DNA of 64,000 bases from Octopus bimaculoides (GCF_001194135.2 NC_068990.1:77832281-77896280); one strand, 5' to 3'. Counted from the first letter of the stretch, positions 11,045 through 23,789 are shown. The notes: generated from the sequence alone by a model not told the origin. Numbers and translations: made by a program.

Positions 11045-11670
11045 CTCATGAAAGGTTCTAAATCTTTTAGCTCCACTACAGGTGGCAATTCATCAAACTC
11101 CACTAACACTCCTGACGGGTTAATCCCTTCTCCACACATGTCTTTTAGTCTGTTGTAGGTGTCCTTGTCAACCACGATGGCCTTCACATTCTCGGAATAC
11201 ACATCCGCGGGCAACTTTACTCTTACAATATGTTTAAACTTTAATATTTTCTTTTCAGTTTTTTTTTTTGCTTTTTGCGTACGTCACAAAATTCCATCGA
11301 AATTTTCCTTTTCTTATTTGTTTTCTCTTTTCCTGCTCCGCTCCTGGTACCTTCTTTTCTTCCACCATTCTGAACAGTCTCTCCACTTGCGTTTCTAAAT
11401 TTTCTTGCTCCACTGGAACAACCGGTGTCTTCACCAATGTCTCTTCCTTATGCAACTCCTCCTTGAACACTTCAAGTTCCTTTTCGCTTATTTTATCCAC
11501 CACCATTTCGTCTTCCTTCCTTCTGATCTCCTCCTTTTCCATCTCTTCTTTCTTCTCTTCCAGCTGCTCTGGCGGAGAGCTCACTCTCCCACTTCTCTTT
11601 CTTTTTTAAAACACCGTGAACCCCTCCTCCGCTGCTTTCTCCTTTATCTCGACATGTACCACCTGGAGTC
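11045..11670 (-). pseudogene. Frameshifted Glu/Lys-rich ORF fragment, probably the C-terminus of a non-LTR retrotransposon ORF1/gag-like protein
   Basis: ORF 11255-11584 (SSPPEQLEEKKEEMEKEE...) continues after a shift in a poly-A run as KTEKKILKFKHIVRVKLPADVYSENVKAIVVDKDTYNRLKDMCGEGINPSGVLVEFDELPPVVELKDLEPFMRY*. It is preceded by EEGFTV plus a basic stretch and has no introns. Confidence 0.5.
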
Positions 11671-11671
11671 G

Positions 11672-11758
11672 ATAGCTGACAGCATTGTTAGCACGCCTGA
11701 CAAAATGCTTCGGGACATTTCTTCCGGCTTTACTTTCTGAGTTCGAATTCCGCCGAAT
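11672..11758 (+). mobile_element. SINE family D, 5' head (cut by gap)
   Basis: AGCTGACAGCATTGTTAGCACGCC..CTGAGTTCGAATTCCGCCG. Confidence 0.75.
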
Positions 11759-12549
11759 NNNNNNNNNNNNNNNNNNNNNNNNNNNNNNNNNNNNNNNNNN
11801 NNNNNNNNNNNNNNNNNNNNNNNNNNNNNNNNNNNNNNNNNNNNNNNNNNNNNNNNNNNNNNNNNNNNNNNNNNNNNNNNNNNNNNNNNNNNNNNNNNNN
11901 NNNNNNNNNNNNNNNNNNNNNNNNNNNNNNNNNNNNNNNNNNNNNNNNNNNNNNNNNNNNNNNNNNNNNNNNNNNNNNNNNNNNNNNNNNNNNNNNNNNN
12001 NNNNNNNNNNNNNNNNNNNNNNNNNNNNNNNNNNNNNNNNNNNNNNNNNNNNNNNNNNNNNNNNNNNNNNNNNNNNNNNNNNNNNNNNNNNNNNNNNNNN
12101 NNNNNNNNNNNNNNNNNNNNNNNNNNNNNNNNNNNNNNNNNNNNNNNNNNNNNNNNNNNNNNNNNNNNNNNNNNNNNNNNNNNNNNNNNNNNNNNNNNNN
12201 NNNNNNNNNNNNNNNNNNNNNNNNNNNNNNNNNNNNNNNNNNNNNNNNNNNNNNNNNNNNNNNNNNNNNNNNNNNNNNNNNNNNNNNNNNNNNNNNNNNN
12301 NNNNNNNNNNNNNNNNNNNNNNNNNNNNNNNNNNNNNNNNNNNNNNNNNNNNNNNNNNNNNNNNNNNNNNNNNNNNNNNNNNNNNNNNNNNNNNNNNNNN
12401 NNNNNNNNNNNNNNNNNNNNNNNNNNNNNNNNNNNNNNNNNNNNNNNNNNNNNNNNNNNNNNNNNNNNNNNNNNNNNNNNNNNNNNNNNNNNNNNNNNNN
12501 NNNNATACAAACATATACGCACACATACATATATATATATACATATATA

Positions 12550-12710
12550 CGACGGGCTTCTTTCAGTTTCCGTCTACCAAATCCACTCACAAGGCTTTGG
12601 CCGACCCGAGACTATAGTAGAAGACACTTGCCCAAGGTGCCACGCAGTGGGAATGAACCCAGAACCATGTGGTTGGTAAGCAACCTACTTACCACACAGC
12701 CACTCCTGCG
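12550..12710 (-). mobile_element. SINE family A, 5' half, near consensus
   Basis: Reverse complement of GCAGGAGTGGCTGTGTGGTAAG..GAAACTGAAAGAAGCCCGTCG. Confidence 0.9.
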
Positions 12711-12779
12711 ATGTTACATTAATTTAACGTGACTTACTTTTTGCACGTAAGCGCCCGTAACTATTTCAGATCATATCTT

Positions 12780-13141
12780 TCACTTGTTTCAATCACTGGA
12801 ATGCGGTCATGCTGGGGTACTCGACTACAAGGATTTTAGTCAGACGAATCGACTCATTTTTTTTTCTCTCTCTTTTTAAGCCTGGCATTCTGTTGGTCTC
12901 TTATGCCAAATCACTAAGTTATGGTTCTCACGCAGTGGTGGAGGACAAACACTAACACAAACACACACACACATATACACACACGACAAGCTTCTTTCAG
13001 TTTCCGTCTACCAAATCTAGTCACAAGTTTTTGGTCTTCCCGTGATTTAGAAGTCACTTGCCCAAAGTACCTTGCAGTGAGAGTGAACCAGGAAGCACGT
13101 GGTTGGGAAGCAAACTTCTTACCACACAACCACAGCTGCGC
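12780..13141 (-). mobile_element. SINE family A, degenerate
   Basis: Both halves are recognisable on the minus strand around a (CA)n tract. Confidence 0.75.
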
Positions 13142-13199
13142 TCTGAACAAAAGAAGTAATTACTTACTGAATGAGCCGATTACTCGGCTCTGTGCCTTT

Positions 13200-14360
13200 G
13201 TCTAATAGTCGGTACCTCTAGCTGTCGTCTTGTAAAGCCGCCTGTCTGTCTATCTAGCTGCTAGCCTGCCAGTCAGGTACATTGTCCAACTAGCTATCTG
13301 TCAGTCTACGTCTAACTGTCATTGTGCCTTTGGTGAATACAATGTCATTGTCTTCGTGTTTGGATGTCAAACAGACTTACTGCCATACAAGTTAGACTGA
13401 CTGCTTGATAGAGAGATAGACGGACGTCCAAGACAGGCATACTGATTGCTGATAGACAAGGTAGAGAGCTTGACAGGCAGATTGACAGTTAGACAAACAG
13501 CTGGCTAGACTTTTAAGAAGGAAGATTGGTAGAATAAACAGACGCTAACAGCTGGATAGACTACTAGACATCCAGATAGACAGTAGACTGACAGTTGGAT
13601 AGATAGACAGACAGACGGCTACATAGACTGGCTGACATCCAAACAGACAGCTGAATAGACATACCTGCTCTCGACAGGCTGACGACTTAGTACAAAGATT
13701 TGCAGCTAAACAGACTAGGTGTATTAGATAGATATACCTCTAGATAGAAAGCATTTGCGCAGATAAAAATGTCTTGACTAGTAGACAGCAGACAGACAGA
13801 TACATTGCGTGACAGCTAGGCATACGGATATATATAGCTTGACAGCTAGACAGACAAACAGTTAACTACACAAACTGCTAGATCAGGTATGAGCATTCGA
13901 GAACCAGGCCGCATGAGAGATGACTCATCATCAAGCGGGCCGCACTGCTAAAACAATTCAAGGTAATTTTTCATTAGGTATGCCATACGTTAAGTTCCGC
14001 GTGCGGTATGCGGCTCGCAGGCTGCGGTTTGCCCATGACAGTGCTAGATTGACTGACAGCTAGACATACACACTGACAAAAGTCAGTCAGACAGAGTACA
14101 AGATTGGTAGACTAGCAGCTTGATAGACAAACTAATAGCTAGATAGATAGGCAGATGGACAGACTGACAGCTAGAGAGACCGACTGCTAGACGGTGTACT
14201 AGACTATGTACCAGGAAGAACACTGATATGTGGATAGACTAAACGCTTAGACAGACAACGTAAAACAGACAATGACCGCATGACAGACATACTGCAAGAT
14301 AAACAAACTGATAGACAGGATGACAGACGCAGAGCTAGAAAGGCAGAAAACAGAAGAAAC
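13200..14360. repeat. Old degenerate GACA/GATA-derived satellite-like tract
   Basis: About 1.1 kb of scrambled TAGA/CAGA/CTGA tetramers; the strand polarity flips near 13400. Confidence 0.7.
13884..14041. mobile_element. Short hAT MITE inserted in the GACA tract
   Basis: 8-bp TSD TGCTAGAT at 13876-13883 and 14042-14049; imperfect TIRs CAGGTATGAGCA / TGCCCATGACAG. Confidence 0.75.
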
Positions 14361-14515
14361 AAACGAGTCGTACATAGTTTCTCTCAATTTGACAAATATA
14401 AATCAAGGCGCTGCTAGCAACTACTACAACAATATGTTTGCATGTTACAGTTATAATTCAGCGCTTGTATATAGGTATTTATGCATACATACATCCGTGT
14501 GTATGTATATATACA

Positions 14516-14558
<43 letters not shown>

Positions 14559-15584
14559 GCATATATATATATANNNNNNNNNNNNNNNNNNNNNNNNNNN
14601 NNNNNNNNNNNNNNNNNNNNNNNNNNNNNNNNNNNNNNNNNNNNNNNNNNNNNNNNNNNNNNNNNNNNNNNNNNNNNNNNNNNNNNNNNNNNNNNNNNNN
14701 NNNNNNNNNNNNNNNNNNNNNNNNNNNNNNNNNNNNNNNNNNNNNNNNNNNNNNNNNNNNNNNNNNNNNNNNNNNNNNNNNNNNNNNNNNNNNNNNNNNN
14801 NNNNNNNNNNNNNNNNNNNNNNNNNNNNNNNNNNNNNNNNNNNNNNNNNNNNNNNNNNNNNNNNNNNNNNNNNNNNNNNNNNNNNNNNNNNNNNNNNNNN
14901 NNNNNNNNNNNNNNNNNNNNNNNNNNNNNNNNNNNNNNNNNNNNNNNNNNNNNNNNNNNNNNNNNNNNNNNNNNNNNNNNNNNNNNNNNNNNNNNNNNNN
15001 NNNNNNNNATATATATATATATATATAATTGTATCAAAGACCTGTATATATATTTTTTGTATGTGTATGTGCATGTAACTTTGTACGAGCGAGCGCGCGT
15101 GTGTATGCATATAAGCATGTGTGTATGTGAATATGTTTGTATTCACACACACATAAACGTGTGTGCTGTGTCTACATACCTAGATAAACTTCCGCTCGTT
15201 TATGTGAATATATTGTGAGGGGAGGGTGGAAGGAGAAAGCGAGAGAGAGATGCAAATGTGACTGCACGCACGATGCATACCATACTGGAATACATACAAA
15301 TTTACATACGCATATACATTTTCACATCTAGACAGGTAGATAGATAGATAGATAAACATTTATGTGTGTGTACCCACGTGAATCAACATATGCTCGCTCA
15401 TGTCATATGTATACTATATACATATATGGGGAAAGTTACGCTGATATATATATATATATGTATACACTATGCACGCACCATGTATGTCAAGCTAGTTTTT
15501 GTCACAGGTCAACTCTGTTTTAGTGTATCCCAGCTATGGCTCTCCTGTCAATAGGGGGTGTACCTGGGATTATGTTATCTAATG

Positions 15585-15847
15585 CAGAGGTTTTCAAACT
15601 TTTTGACTTGCGGACCTCATAAACGCTTATGAAATTTATACATAAATATTTGCTTAAAAAAACATATATTTTTACATTTATTTATTTAACAGTATTTAAC
15701 AAAATAGGTTTAATGTCAATTAAAAGATTTCCATTAAAAACATATATAAAATCAAATTGCCCATAAAAAGTATTTGCTATCCACGGACCCCCTGTCTTGT
15801 CCTTGCGGACCTCCTGTGGTCCGCGGACCACAGTTTGAAAACCCCTG
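15585..15847. mobile_element. hAT (Charlie-like) MITE, copy 2
   Basis: Same family as 419-696; perfect TSD ATCTAATG at 15577-15584 and 15848-15855. Confidence 0.93.
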
Positions 15848-16188
15848 ATCTAATGTGTCCTTCCTATTTTTACTTATTTAAGACGCAATAATATATTTTG
15901 CCGGTGAATTCGCTGCTATTTCTGCAGGTTGAATGTCTGCATAAAGGCTCCTGCGCCGGCTCGTGTCTGTGCGTTTTGTTCATCCATAAATTCGATATGA
16001 CAAGGACGTATATTCGAGTATATATGTACGAGTGCGTGGGTGTCGGTTCCATATTGCTATATACCAAAATAGGAATGCATTCCTAAACATTAAAGCTTAT
16101 CAACGTTTTATTTTTTTGTTTTCTTTCTTCCTTTAGTTCTCTCTTTTTCTTCTCAATTATACGCTTCTATCAATATTGCTATCGCCCC

Positions 16189-16225
<37 letters not shown>

Positions 16226-16469
16226 ATGTCAGACTGTCAATTTTTCTATCAATCTTTATGTCTATTCCTTTATCTGATTATCTGTCTGTCGATCTGTCTG
16301 TCTATCTATCTAGCTTTCTATCTATCTATTCATCTGACTGTCTGTCTGTCCATCTATCTGTCTATTTGTCTGTCCTATCTATCTGTTTGTCTATTTGTCT
16401 GTCAGTCTGTCTGTCTGTCGATCAATCGATCGATCTTTCATATACTCACGTATGTGAGTATACGCTTTT

Positions 16470-16502
<33 letters not shown>

Positions 16503-16827
16503 NNNNNNNNNNNNNNNNNNNNNNNNNNNNNNNNNNNNNNNNNNNNNNNNNNNNNNNNNNNNNNNNNNNNNNNNNNNNNNNNNNNNNNNNNNNNNNNNNN
16601 NNNNNNNNNNNNNNNNNNNNNNNNNNNNNNNNNNNNNNNNNNNNNNNNNNNNNNNNNNNNNNNNNNNNNNNNNNNNNNNNNNNNNNNNNNNNNNNNNNNN
16701 NNNNNNNGAGAGAGAGAGAGAGAGATAGAGAGATAGATATGAGTATAGGTATGTGTATACATATCCGCTCGTCCTCAAAAACAAACATCATCATCATCAC
16801 CACCATCATCTCTCTCTCTCCCTCTCT

Positions 16828-16871
<44 letters not shown>

Positions 16872-17602
16872 CCTCTGCTTCGATTATGTGTGATCGAGAG
16901 GCCGTCTTCCCTTACCCCCTTCCAACTTATAACATAACGAACATTATGAAAATAGAAGAAAAAGGAAACAAAAAAAATAACTATGAAAGACAACTGCAAC
17001 AACAAGAACAACAACATTACTGACTACAATAAAACCAACAATAGCATACAGAGTAACATGTAAGGCAAATGAGTTTCACGTGATCTACTTTTCATCGCTC
17101 AGATGACGTGCATTCTGCTGCATGCTACTGCATGCACGCTTACGTTTTGCGCATGCGTTTGGACATTTAGAAACAGAGACACTGTATGCGTGTATATGCA
17201 TATGTACGTGTGTGTATGTGTATGTTCGAGTTTGTGTGTGTGTGGGGGGGTGATAGAGTGAGAGAGGGAGGGTATGCGACCGCAGGCAAGAAATAAAAGC
17301 AAGAGATAGAAGGCAGATTGGACAAGTGATTTGTATATGGCCTGTTGAAAAGAGCGGACACAGCAAGTGGTGACGAAAGAACAAGTTAAGCGGGTATATT
17401 TAGGTGGAGGTGACACGGGATCATCCATCTCTGAGACCAAAACAAATATTTTATTTTGCTACTGTTTTTACTTTTAGCACGCTTTTTTATTTATGGGACC
17501 CCACATTGTATTGTCCTATACCGTTCCCAATGTTTTTTTGCTTTTTTGTTTTTTCTGAACCCTTAGCACTTAATAAAGAAAACGTTATTATTAATATTAG
17601 TA

Positions 17603-17825
17603 AGGCGATGAGCCGGCAGAATCGTTAGCACGCCGGGCAAAATGCTTCGTAGCATTTCATCTGTCCTTATGTTCTATGTTCAATTTCCACCGAGGTCGAC
17701 ATTGCCTTTCATCCTTTCATGATCGATAAAATAAGTACCAGCTGAGTACTACGGTCGATGAAATCGACTTGCCTGCCCTCGCCCCAGACTTGCTGGCCTT
17801 GATCCAAAATTGGAAACCATTATTA
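17603..17825 (+). mobile_element. SINE family D
   Basis: GGCGATGAGCCGGCAGAATCGTTAGCACGCCGGGCAAAATGC..GTCGATAAAATAAGTACCAG, followed by an (ATT)n-like tail. Confidence 0.85.
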
Positions 17826-17905
17826 TCATTATTTAACTGTTAATACAGCGAGCTGGCAGAAGCACGCTTCGTTGGGAAGCATGCTTCTTACCACACAGCC
17901 ACGCC

Positions 17906-17945
<40 letters not shown>

Positions 17946-18369
17946 TTTNNNNNNNNNNNNNNNNNNNNNNNNNNNNNNNNNNNNNNNNNNNNNNNNNNNN
18001 NNNNNNNNNNNNNNNNNNNNNNNNNNNNNNNNNNNNNNNNNNNNNNNNNNNNNNNNNNNNNNNNNNNNNNNNNNNNNNNNNNNNNNNNNNNNNNNNNNNN
18101 NNNNNNNNNNNNNNNNNNNNNNNNNNNNNNNNNNNNNNNNNNNNNNNNNNNNNNNNNNNNNNNNNNNNNNNNNNNNNNNNNNNNNNNNNNNNNNNNNNNN
18201 NNNNNNNNNNNNNNNNNNNNNNNNNNNNNNNNNNNNNNNNNNNNNNNNNNNNNNNNNNNNNNNNNNNNNNNNNNNNNNNNNNNNNNNNNNNNNNNNNNNN
18301 NNNNNNNNNNNNNNNNNNNNNNNNNNNNNNNNNNNNNNNNNNNNNNNNNNNNNNNNNNNTTAAAAGCAT

Positions 18370-18532
18370 GTGATAGTGGATTTTCATTGATGAGTTTTTG
18401 AAAATTGGTTATTTTCCCTAAAACTATATATTTTATATATACTTTATCTATAAGGCTCAATTTAATTTTAATTTTTATAAATTGATTTTAATTGAGTTTT
18501 TTACCTGTAATTTTGGATTTTGTCCCTAATAT

Positions 18533-18569
<37 letters not shown>

Positions 18570-19109
18570 TATATACATACATACATACAGAAAGAGAGGA
18601 GAGTGGAGAGATTGTATGAAGAGTAATTGGTGCAATGCAAATCCAGAGAGCAGCATGGACACACAGGATTCACTCACTCGCTATTAACTGTAAAGGATTT
18701 TATTTGAGAAAAAAAGTTTACGAGTATTATTGCAGCAAAACCTCAAGCTTGCAATTTTCTTCGAATACATCAATGTGAATATAGTACTGAGCACCGGCAC
18801 CTAAGTAATCAGTGTGAAATGAGGAGAGTGTGAAGTGCAATTTTGCATGCATGCATGTTTATATTCCGATGTGCATCAATTTTTATTAGCAGCGTATTCA
18901 AAGTAGATTGCTTATGATTTTGTTTGCTTTCTTGCGTGGAATGAGTGCAGATGTATGCATGTGTGTGTGTGTGTGTTTGTGTGTGTGTGTGCATAACTGT
19001 ATGCATAGTTTGTATGCATGCATGTATGTACACGTATGTGTGTTTGTGTTTATATATATATATACAGATATAGATATAGATATAAATATATATGTATACA
19101 TACATATAT

Positions 19110-19140
<31 letters not shown>

Positions 19141-19165
19141 TAAATATACATGTATACATGCATAT

Positions 19166-19215
<50 letters not shown>

Positions 19216-19850
19216 NNNNNNNNNNNNNNNNNNNNNNNNNNNNNNNNNNNNNNNNNNNNNNNNNNNNNNNNNNNNNNNNNNNNNNNNNNNNNNNNNNNNN
19301 NNNNNNNNNNNNNNNNNNNNNNNNNNNNNNNNNNNNNNNNNNNNNNNNNNNNNNNNNNNNNNNNNNNNNNNNNNNNNNNNNNNNNNNNNNNNNNNNNNNN
19401 NNNNNNNNNNNNNNNNNNNNNNNNNNNNNNNNNNNNNNNNNNNNNNNNNNNNNNNNNNNNNNNNNNNNNNNNNNNNNNNNNNNNNNNNNNNNNNNNNNNN
19501 NNNNNNNNNNNNNNNNNNNNNNNNNNNNNNNNNNNNNNNNNNNNNNNNNNNNNNNNNTATATATATATATATATATATATATATTAGGGATAAAATCCAA
19601 AATTACAGGTAAAAACTCAATTAAAATAAATTTATTAAAAATTAAAATTAAATTAAGTTTCACAGTATAAAATATATATAAATATATAGTATTAGGGAAA
19701 AGAACCAACGTTTATGAACTCATTGATGAAAATCCACTAACTATAATATTTATTTATTGTACTTTTAATTATAAATTTTTTCTATATGTGACAGTGAATT
19801 TTCATCGATGAGTTCATAAACCTTGGTTCTTTTCCCTAAAACTATATATT
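18370..19850. repeat. Three related copies of an AT-rich repeat, two forming a foldback
   Basis: Core AGTGGATTTTCATYGATGAGTT..GGTTMTTTTCCCTAAAACTATATA occurs at about 18375-18540 (+), 19580-19738 (-) and 19793-19850 (+). Confidence 0.7.
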
Positions 19851-20219
19851 TATATATATATAACACATACACATATATAATTCTTTTAACTCTCATCAGA
19901 TTGCCTACAAATGTGTACATATGTGTGTATATATGTGTATGTATACATACACACACACACACACACACACATACACACATAGATATATATCAAGAGAGAG
20001 AGTGAGAGACAGGCAGACAGTCGATAGACAGACTCACAAGAGTCTTTTAAAAATCTCTTTCGCATTTTAATATTGCTTAATGCGAGTAGGAATGAAGGCA
20101 GCAACGATAATACATATTTTTTTAATAAAAAAAAAAAAGAAAGCAGTAAATGCTACTTTATGTAATAAAGGATTCAAAATGTCCGCCACTATTCTCAGTC
20201 CATAACCAATATTATTTTT

Positions 20220-20480
20220 TTTTCTGTCTTTTTCTAAAAACTGAATTCAAGAACATTGTGGTTTGAATTTTCATCACTTCACTGATTCTTTGCATCAAAT
20301 AGTCAATGTCTGTGATTACAGTTCTGATGATAGTTCCATAAAAGAAATCCAAGAGAGTTTCAGGTCACAAAAGATCGGTCCCTCTCTGTCCAATAAACGT
20401 CTAGCAAACTGTGCATTTCAGACCCATTGTGGAAGTATACTTTGTTGTAGAGTAATGATCAAAAATATTCTTTTCCTTTA
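20220..20480 (-). mobile_element. Heavily decayed Tc1/mariner (rosa-like) transposase C-terminal remnant
   Basis: Minus-strand frames give LQQ..PQW / LLDREGPI / LLDFFYG..ITDIDYLMQRISEVM, echoing QQDGAPPHW..WIGRDGPI..PLDFFLWG..IDDLKERI. Confidence 0.5.
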
Positions 20481-20499
20481 CATGTCTGGCACCAAAATA

Positions 20500-21346
20500 T
20501 TTTTTCTGAAACTTTGCATAGTTATTTCGTTTTTTAGTAAAATTGGCTTGCCAGATTCATGATGTGGACTCATGTATTGAAACAAATTTTGCTGTATGTT
20601 GGGAAGGTTATTACACCAATAATAAACACATGCACTAATTTGATTTCACTTCTTTATTATTAGTCTACTAGATAGTTACTTAACCAACCAATTAATTGAT
20701 CACTCATTTAATCAGTCAGTAAAAGTATCTATCGGTTGTTTGTCAATGTCTTTTTGGTGTCATTTGAGATCTCATTACTGATATGCTCTCTTTCTGAAAC
20801 ATTGCATAGCTATTTCAAATTTTTCTTGTGTGTATGTGTGGTTTTTCTTTTTGCATATTTTGCTTGCCAGATTTTTTATGTGGACTCATATGTTGAAACA
20901 AATTTTGTTGTATGCTGGTAGGGTCATTACACCAATAATAAATACACTCACTGGTTCAATTTCATTTCTTTAACATTAGTCCATCAGGTAGTTATTTAAC
21001 CATCCAACTAATCAATTGCTTGCTTGATCAGTGGGTTAAATGATCTATCAGTTGTTTGTCAAAGTCTTTTTGGTATCATTGATGATCTCATCACCGACAT
21101 GCTCTCTTTCTGAAACTTTGAGTCGTTATTTTTTTTTTTGTTTTTTTTTGTATATTTGGCTTGCCAGATTCTTGATGTGGACTCGAGTGTTGAAATAAAT
21201 TTTGTTGTATGTTGGATTGTAACACCAATAATAAACACACACACACTGGTTCGATTTCACATCTTTATTATTAGTCAATTGATCAATCGGTTAAACGATC
21301 TATCAGTTTTTTGTCAAAGTCTTTTTGGTGTCATTCATGATATCAT

Positions 21347-21350
<4 letters not shown>
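20500..21350. repeat. Diverged tandem repeat of about 300 bp, about 3 units
   Basis: Anchor CTTGCCAGATT at 20547, 20863 and 21160 (periods 316 and 297); shared GATGTGGACTC, ACACCAATAATAAA and GATCTATCAGTT blocks. Confidence 0.9.
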
Positions 21351-21443
<93 letters not shown>

Positions 21444-22480
21444 ACCAGATCTTTCTCTCTCTCTTCCATGCACTAAATTTGTCTGTCTTCTAGTTAATCC
21501 CAATGTTCATGTTGTACTTGAAAAGGGGATGAAGAGACAAAAGGAAAGTGTGTGTATATGTGTGAGTGTGTGTGTTTGTATGTGTGTGGCTAGCATTTGC
21601 TACAAACAGGCAAAATGATGCCTTATTGAGTAGCATACCCCAATAGTAATTTTTGGTGATAGGTAGCAACAATTAATTGTTTAGTGAGCATTTTCATAAC
21701 CTCATAATCAATAATTAAAGCTGGTTGATAATAACTCCAATAAGAAGAATCTCTTTATTACTGAATAAAAACTTCCTCGAGTAGTTTCTGTCACTGGTGG
21801 CTTTGCAGTCAATAACATGTTTACAGATCACCAGATTTACACATTTAACATCTTCAGATCATTTCATAAAGAATGAAAATATTTCATACCACTAGGTTTT
21901 AGGTACTTTCAAATAGAGCTACAGGAGACAGAGAGCACCTTTGAAGCTTGTCATTATTGAACTGTATAGATCTTGTATAAAATGAATAATAAACAGATTA
22001 TCATGTTCCGCTGAAACAGTTTGATCTTCCAGTCTGATACAGGTCTTCAAACACGTCTACACTTTAAAATTGTTTGAAAGTTTTATGAATGACGATGACA
22101 TGGCTAGGAGGATTTAGATTTATTTCTTGTTTTCACATACTGAAGATTTCTACGATTGATTTGTTATATTGTGACATTTTTGGTACAACGAATGTTCTCT
22201 CATCTTTTGATAATGACATTATAAAACAATAAGATATACACAAAAGAGTTGCAAAAATAGCATTAAATGTATATAAAAACAAAACTGTGACAAAATAAAA
22301 GATTTTATATATCATTTAGATGCGAAGGAGACTAGATGAAATGCTTACAATATTTGTAGTTTTGGGGGAGTTTTTTACATTCTGCGTTCACATCACACTG
22401 CAGCTAACTTTGCCTTTCGTCTTTGTGGTGTCGATAAAATACAGTACCAATCAAGTCCTGGGACTAATTTAACCAACTGT

Positions 22481-22860
22481 TGGCACTCCGTCACTTACGG
22501 CATCGAGGGTTTCAGTTGATCCGATCAACAGAACAGCCAGCTCGTGAAATTAACGTGCAAGTGGCTGAGCACTCCACAGACACGTGTACCCTTAACGTAG
22601 TTCTCGGGGATATTCAGCATGACACAGTGTGACAAGGCTGACCCTTTGAATTACAGGCACAACAGAAACAGGAAGTAAGAGTGAGAGAAAGTTGTGGTGA
22701 AAGAGTACAGCAGGGTTCGCCACCATCCCCTGCCGGAGCCTCGTGGAGCTTTTAGGTGTTTTCGCTCAATAAACACTCACAACGCCCGGTCTGGGAATCA
22801 AAACCGCGATCCTATGACCGTGAGTCCGCTGCCCTAACCACTGGGCCATTGCGCCTCCAC
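22481..22860 (-). mobile_element. Full-length tRNA-derived SINE family B (octopus OR1-like)
   Basis: Head GGAGGCGCAATGGCCCAGTGGTTAGGGCAGCGG; CpGs largely retained; 11-bp TSD TAACCAACTGT at 22470-22480 and 22861-22871. Confidence 0.92.
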
Positions 22861-23789
22861 TAACCAACTGTACTACTCTGAGAACATACAATAGGTTACC
22901 ATGGTATAGTTGAATGCTTATCCATTACTGATCCAATTGGACAGTTCTGCTGGTAGATGAAGTGACTTGCTATGTTATTGTCAGTATACATACACATGAG
23001 CATTCACACACACATACTGTCATCGACTCACACATATCTCTCTAAAAGCAGACCTACACTATAAAAGTAACTTCTGAAGGTGCTGCATGATTCTAAACTT
23101 CATGGGTACTCTCATGTGTGTATATGTATGTTGGTGAAAAAGTTAAACAACTCTATGAAAACTAAAAGCCTAGTTCTCTTTTAATGAAGTATCCTATGAC
23201 ATTTGTCCACTTGCACCAACTTACAGATATTTTCTTGTTATTCTTGCCACTCAGTCTGACGGAGGGTTCTTTGTAAAACATTAATCTTCCTCCTCACAGA
23301 ACAGCATTTGTTCCATTATTTGAATGTTTGCCAACACAAATCTTCATTAGTTCCCTTGAATTCTACGGTTTGTGTATAACTGGGTGAATTGGCAGAATTG
23401 ATAGAACATTAAATAGAATCCAGTATTTTGTTTTGGTTTTCTATGCTCTCAGTTCAAATCCCTCCAAGGCCAACTTTGGTTTTTCAGTTGATAAAGTGTC
23501 AGTAAAAATCTCAATGCCTTTCCCTCTCTCTCTCTTTTTTGTTCTTTCTCTCTTCTCACATACATACATCACACTCTCTGCATTGACTGTAATTCAAAGG
23601 TCCAGACTTGCTATTGTCTGTCTTGCACTGATTCAGCCTGAGAACTGCATTAAGGGCATGTGAGTGTGTGAAATGCTCAAATTCAGTTGCTTCAACAACT
23701 GAATGGTCATCATCGAGAATGACAGAGAACCCACTTCTGGAAATATGTCTGTTTCTGTTATATTTGAAGATTAATTTTCAAACTGTATG

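Noticed and set aside
22133-22315. 60-aa ORF with a hydrophobic N-terminus and a GTATGT donor
   Set aside because: Hydrophobic ORFs are expected by chance in very AT-rich DNA, and no compatible downstream exon was found.
22790-22860. tRNA-like sequences here and at other SINE heads
   Set aside because: They have A and B boxes but no complete cloverleaf and continue into SINE bodies, so they are not tRNA genes.
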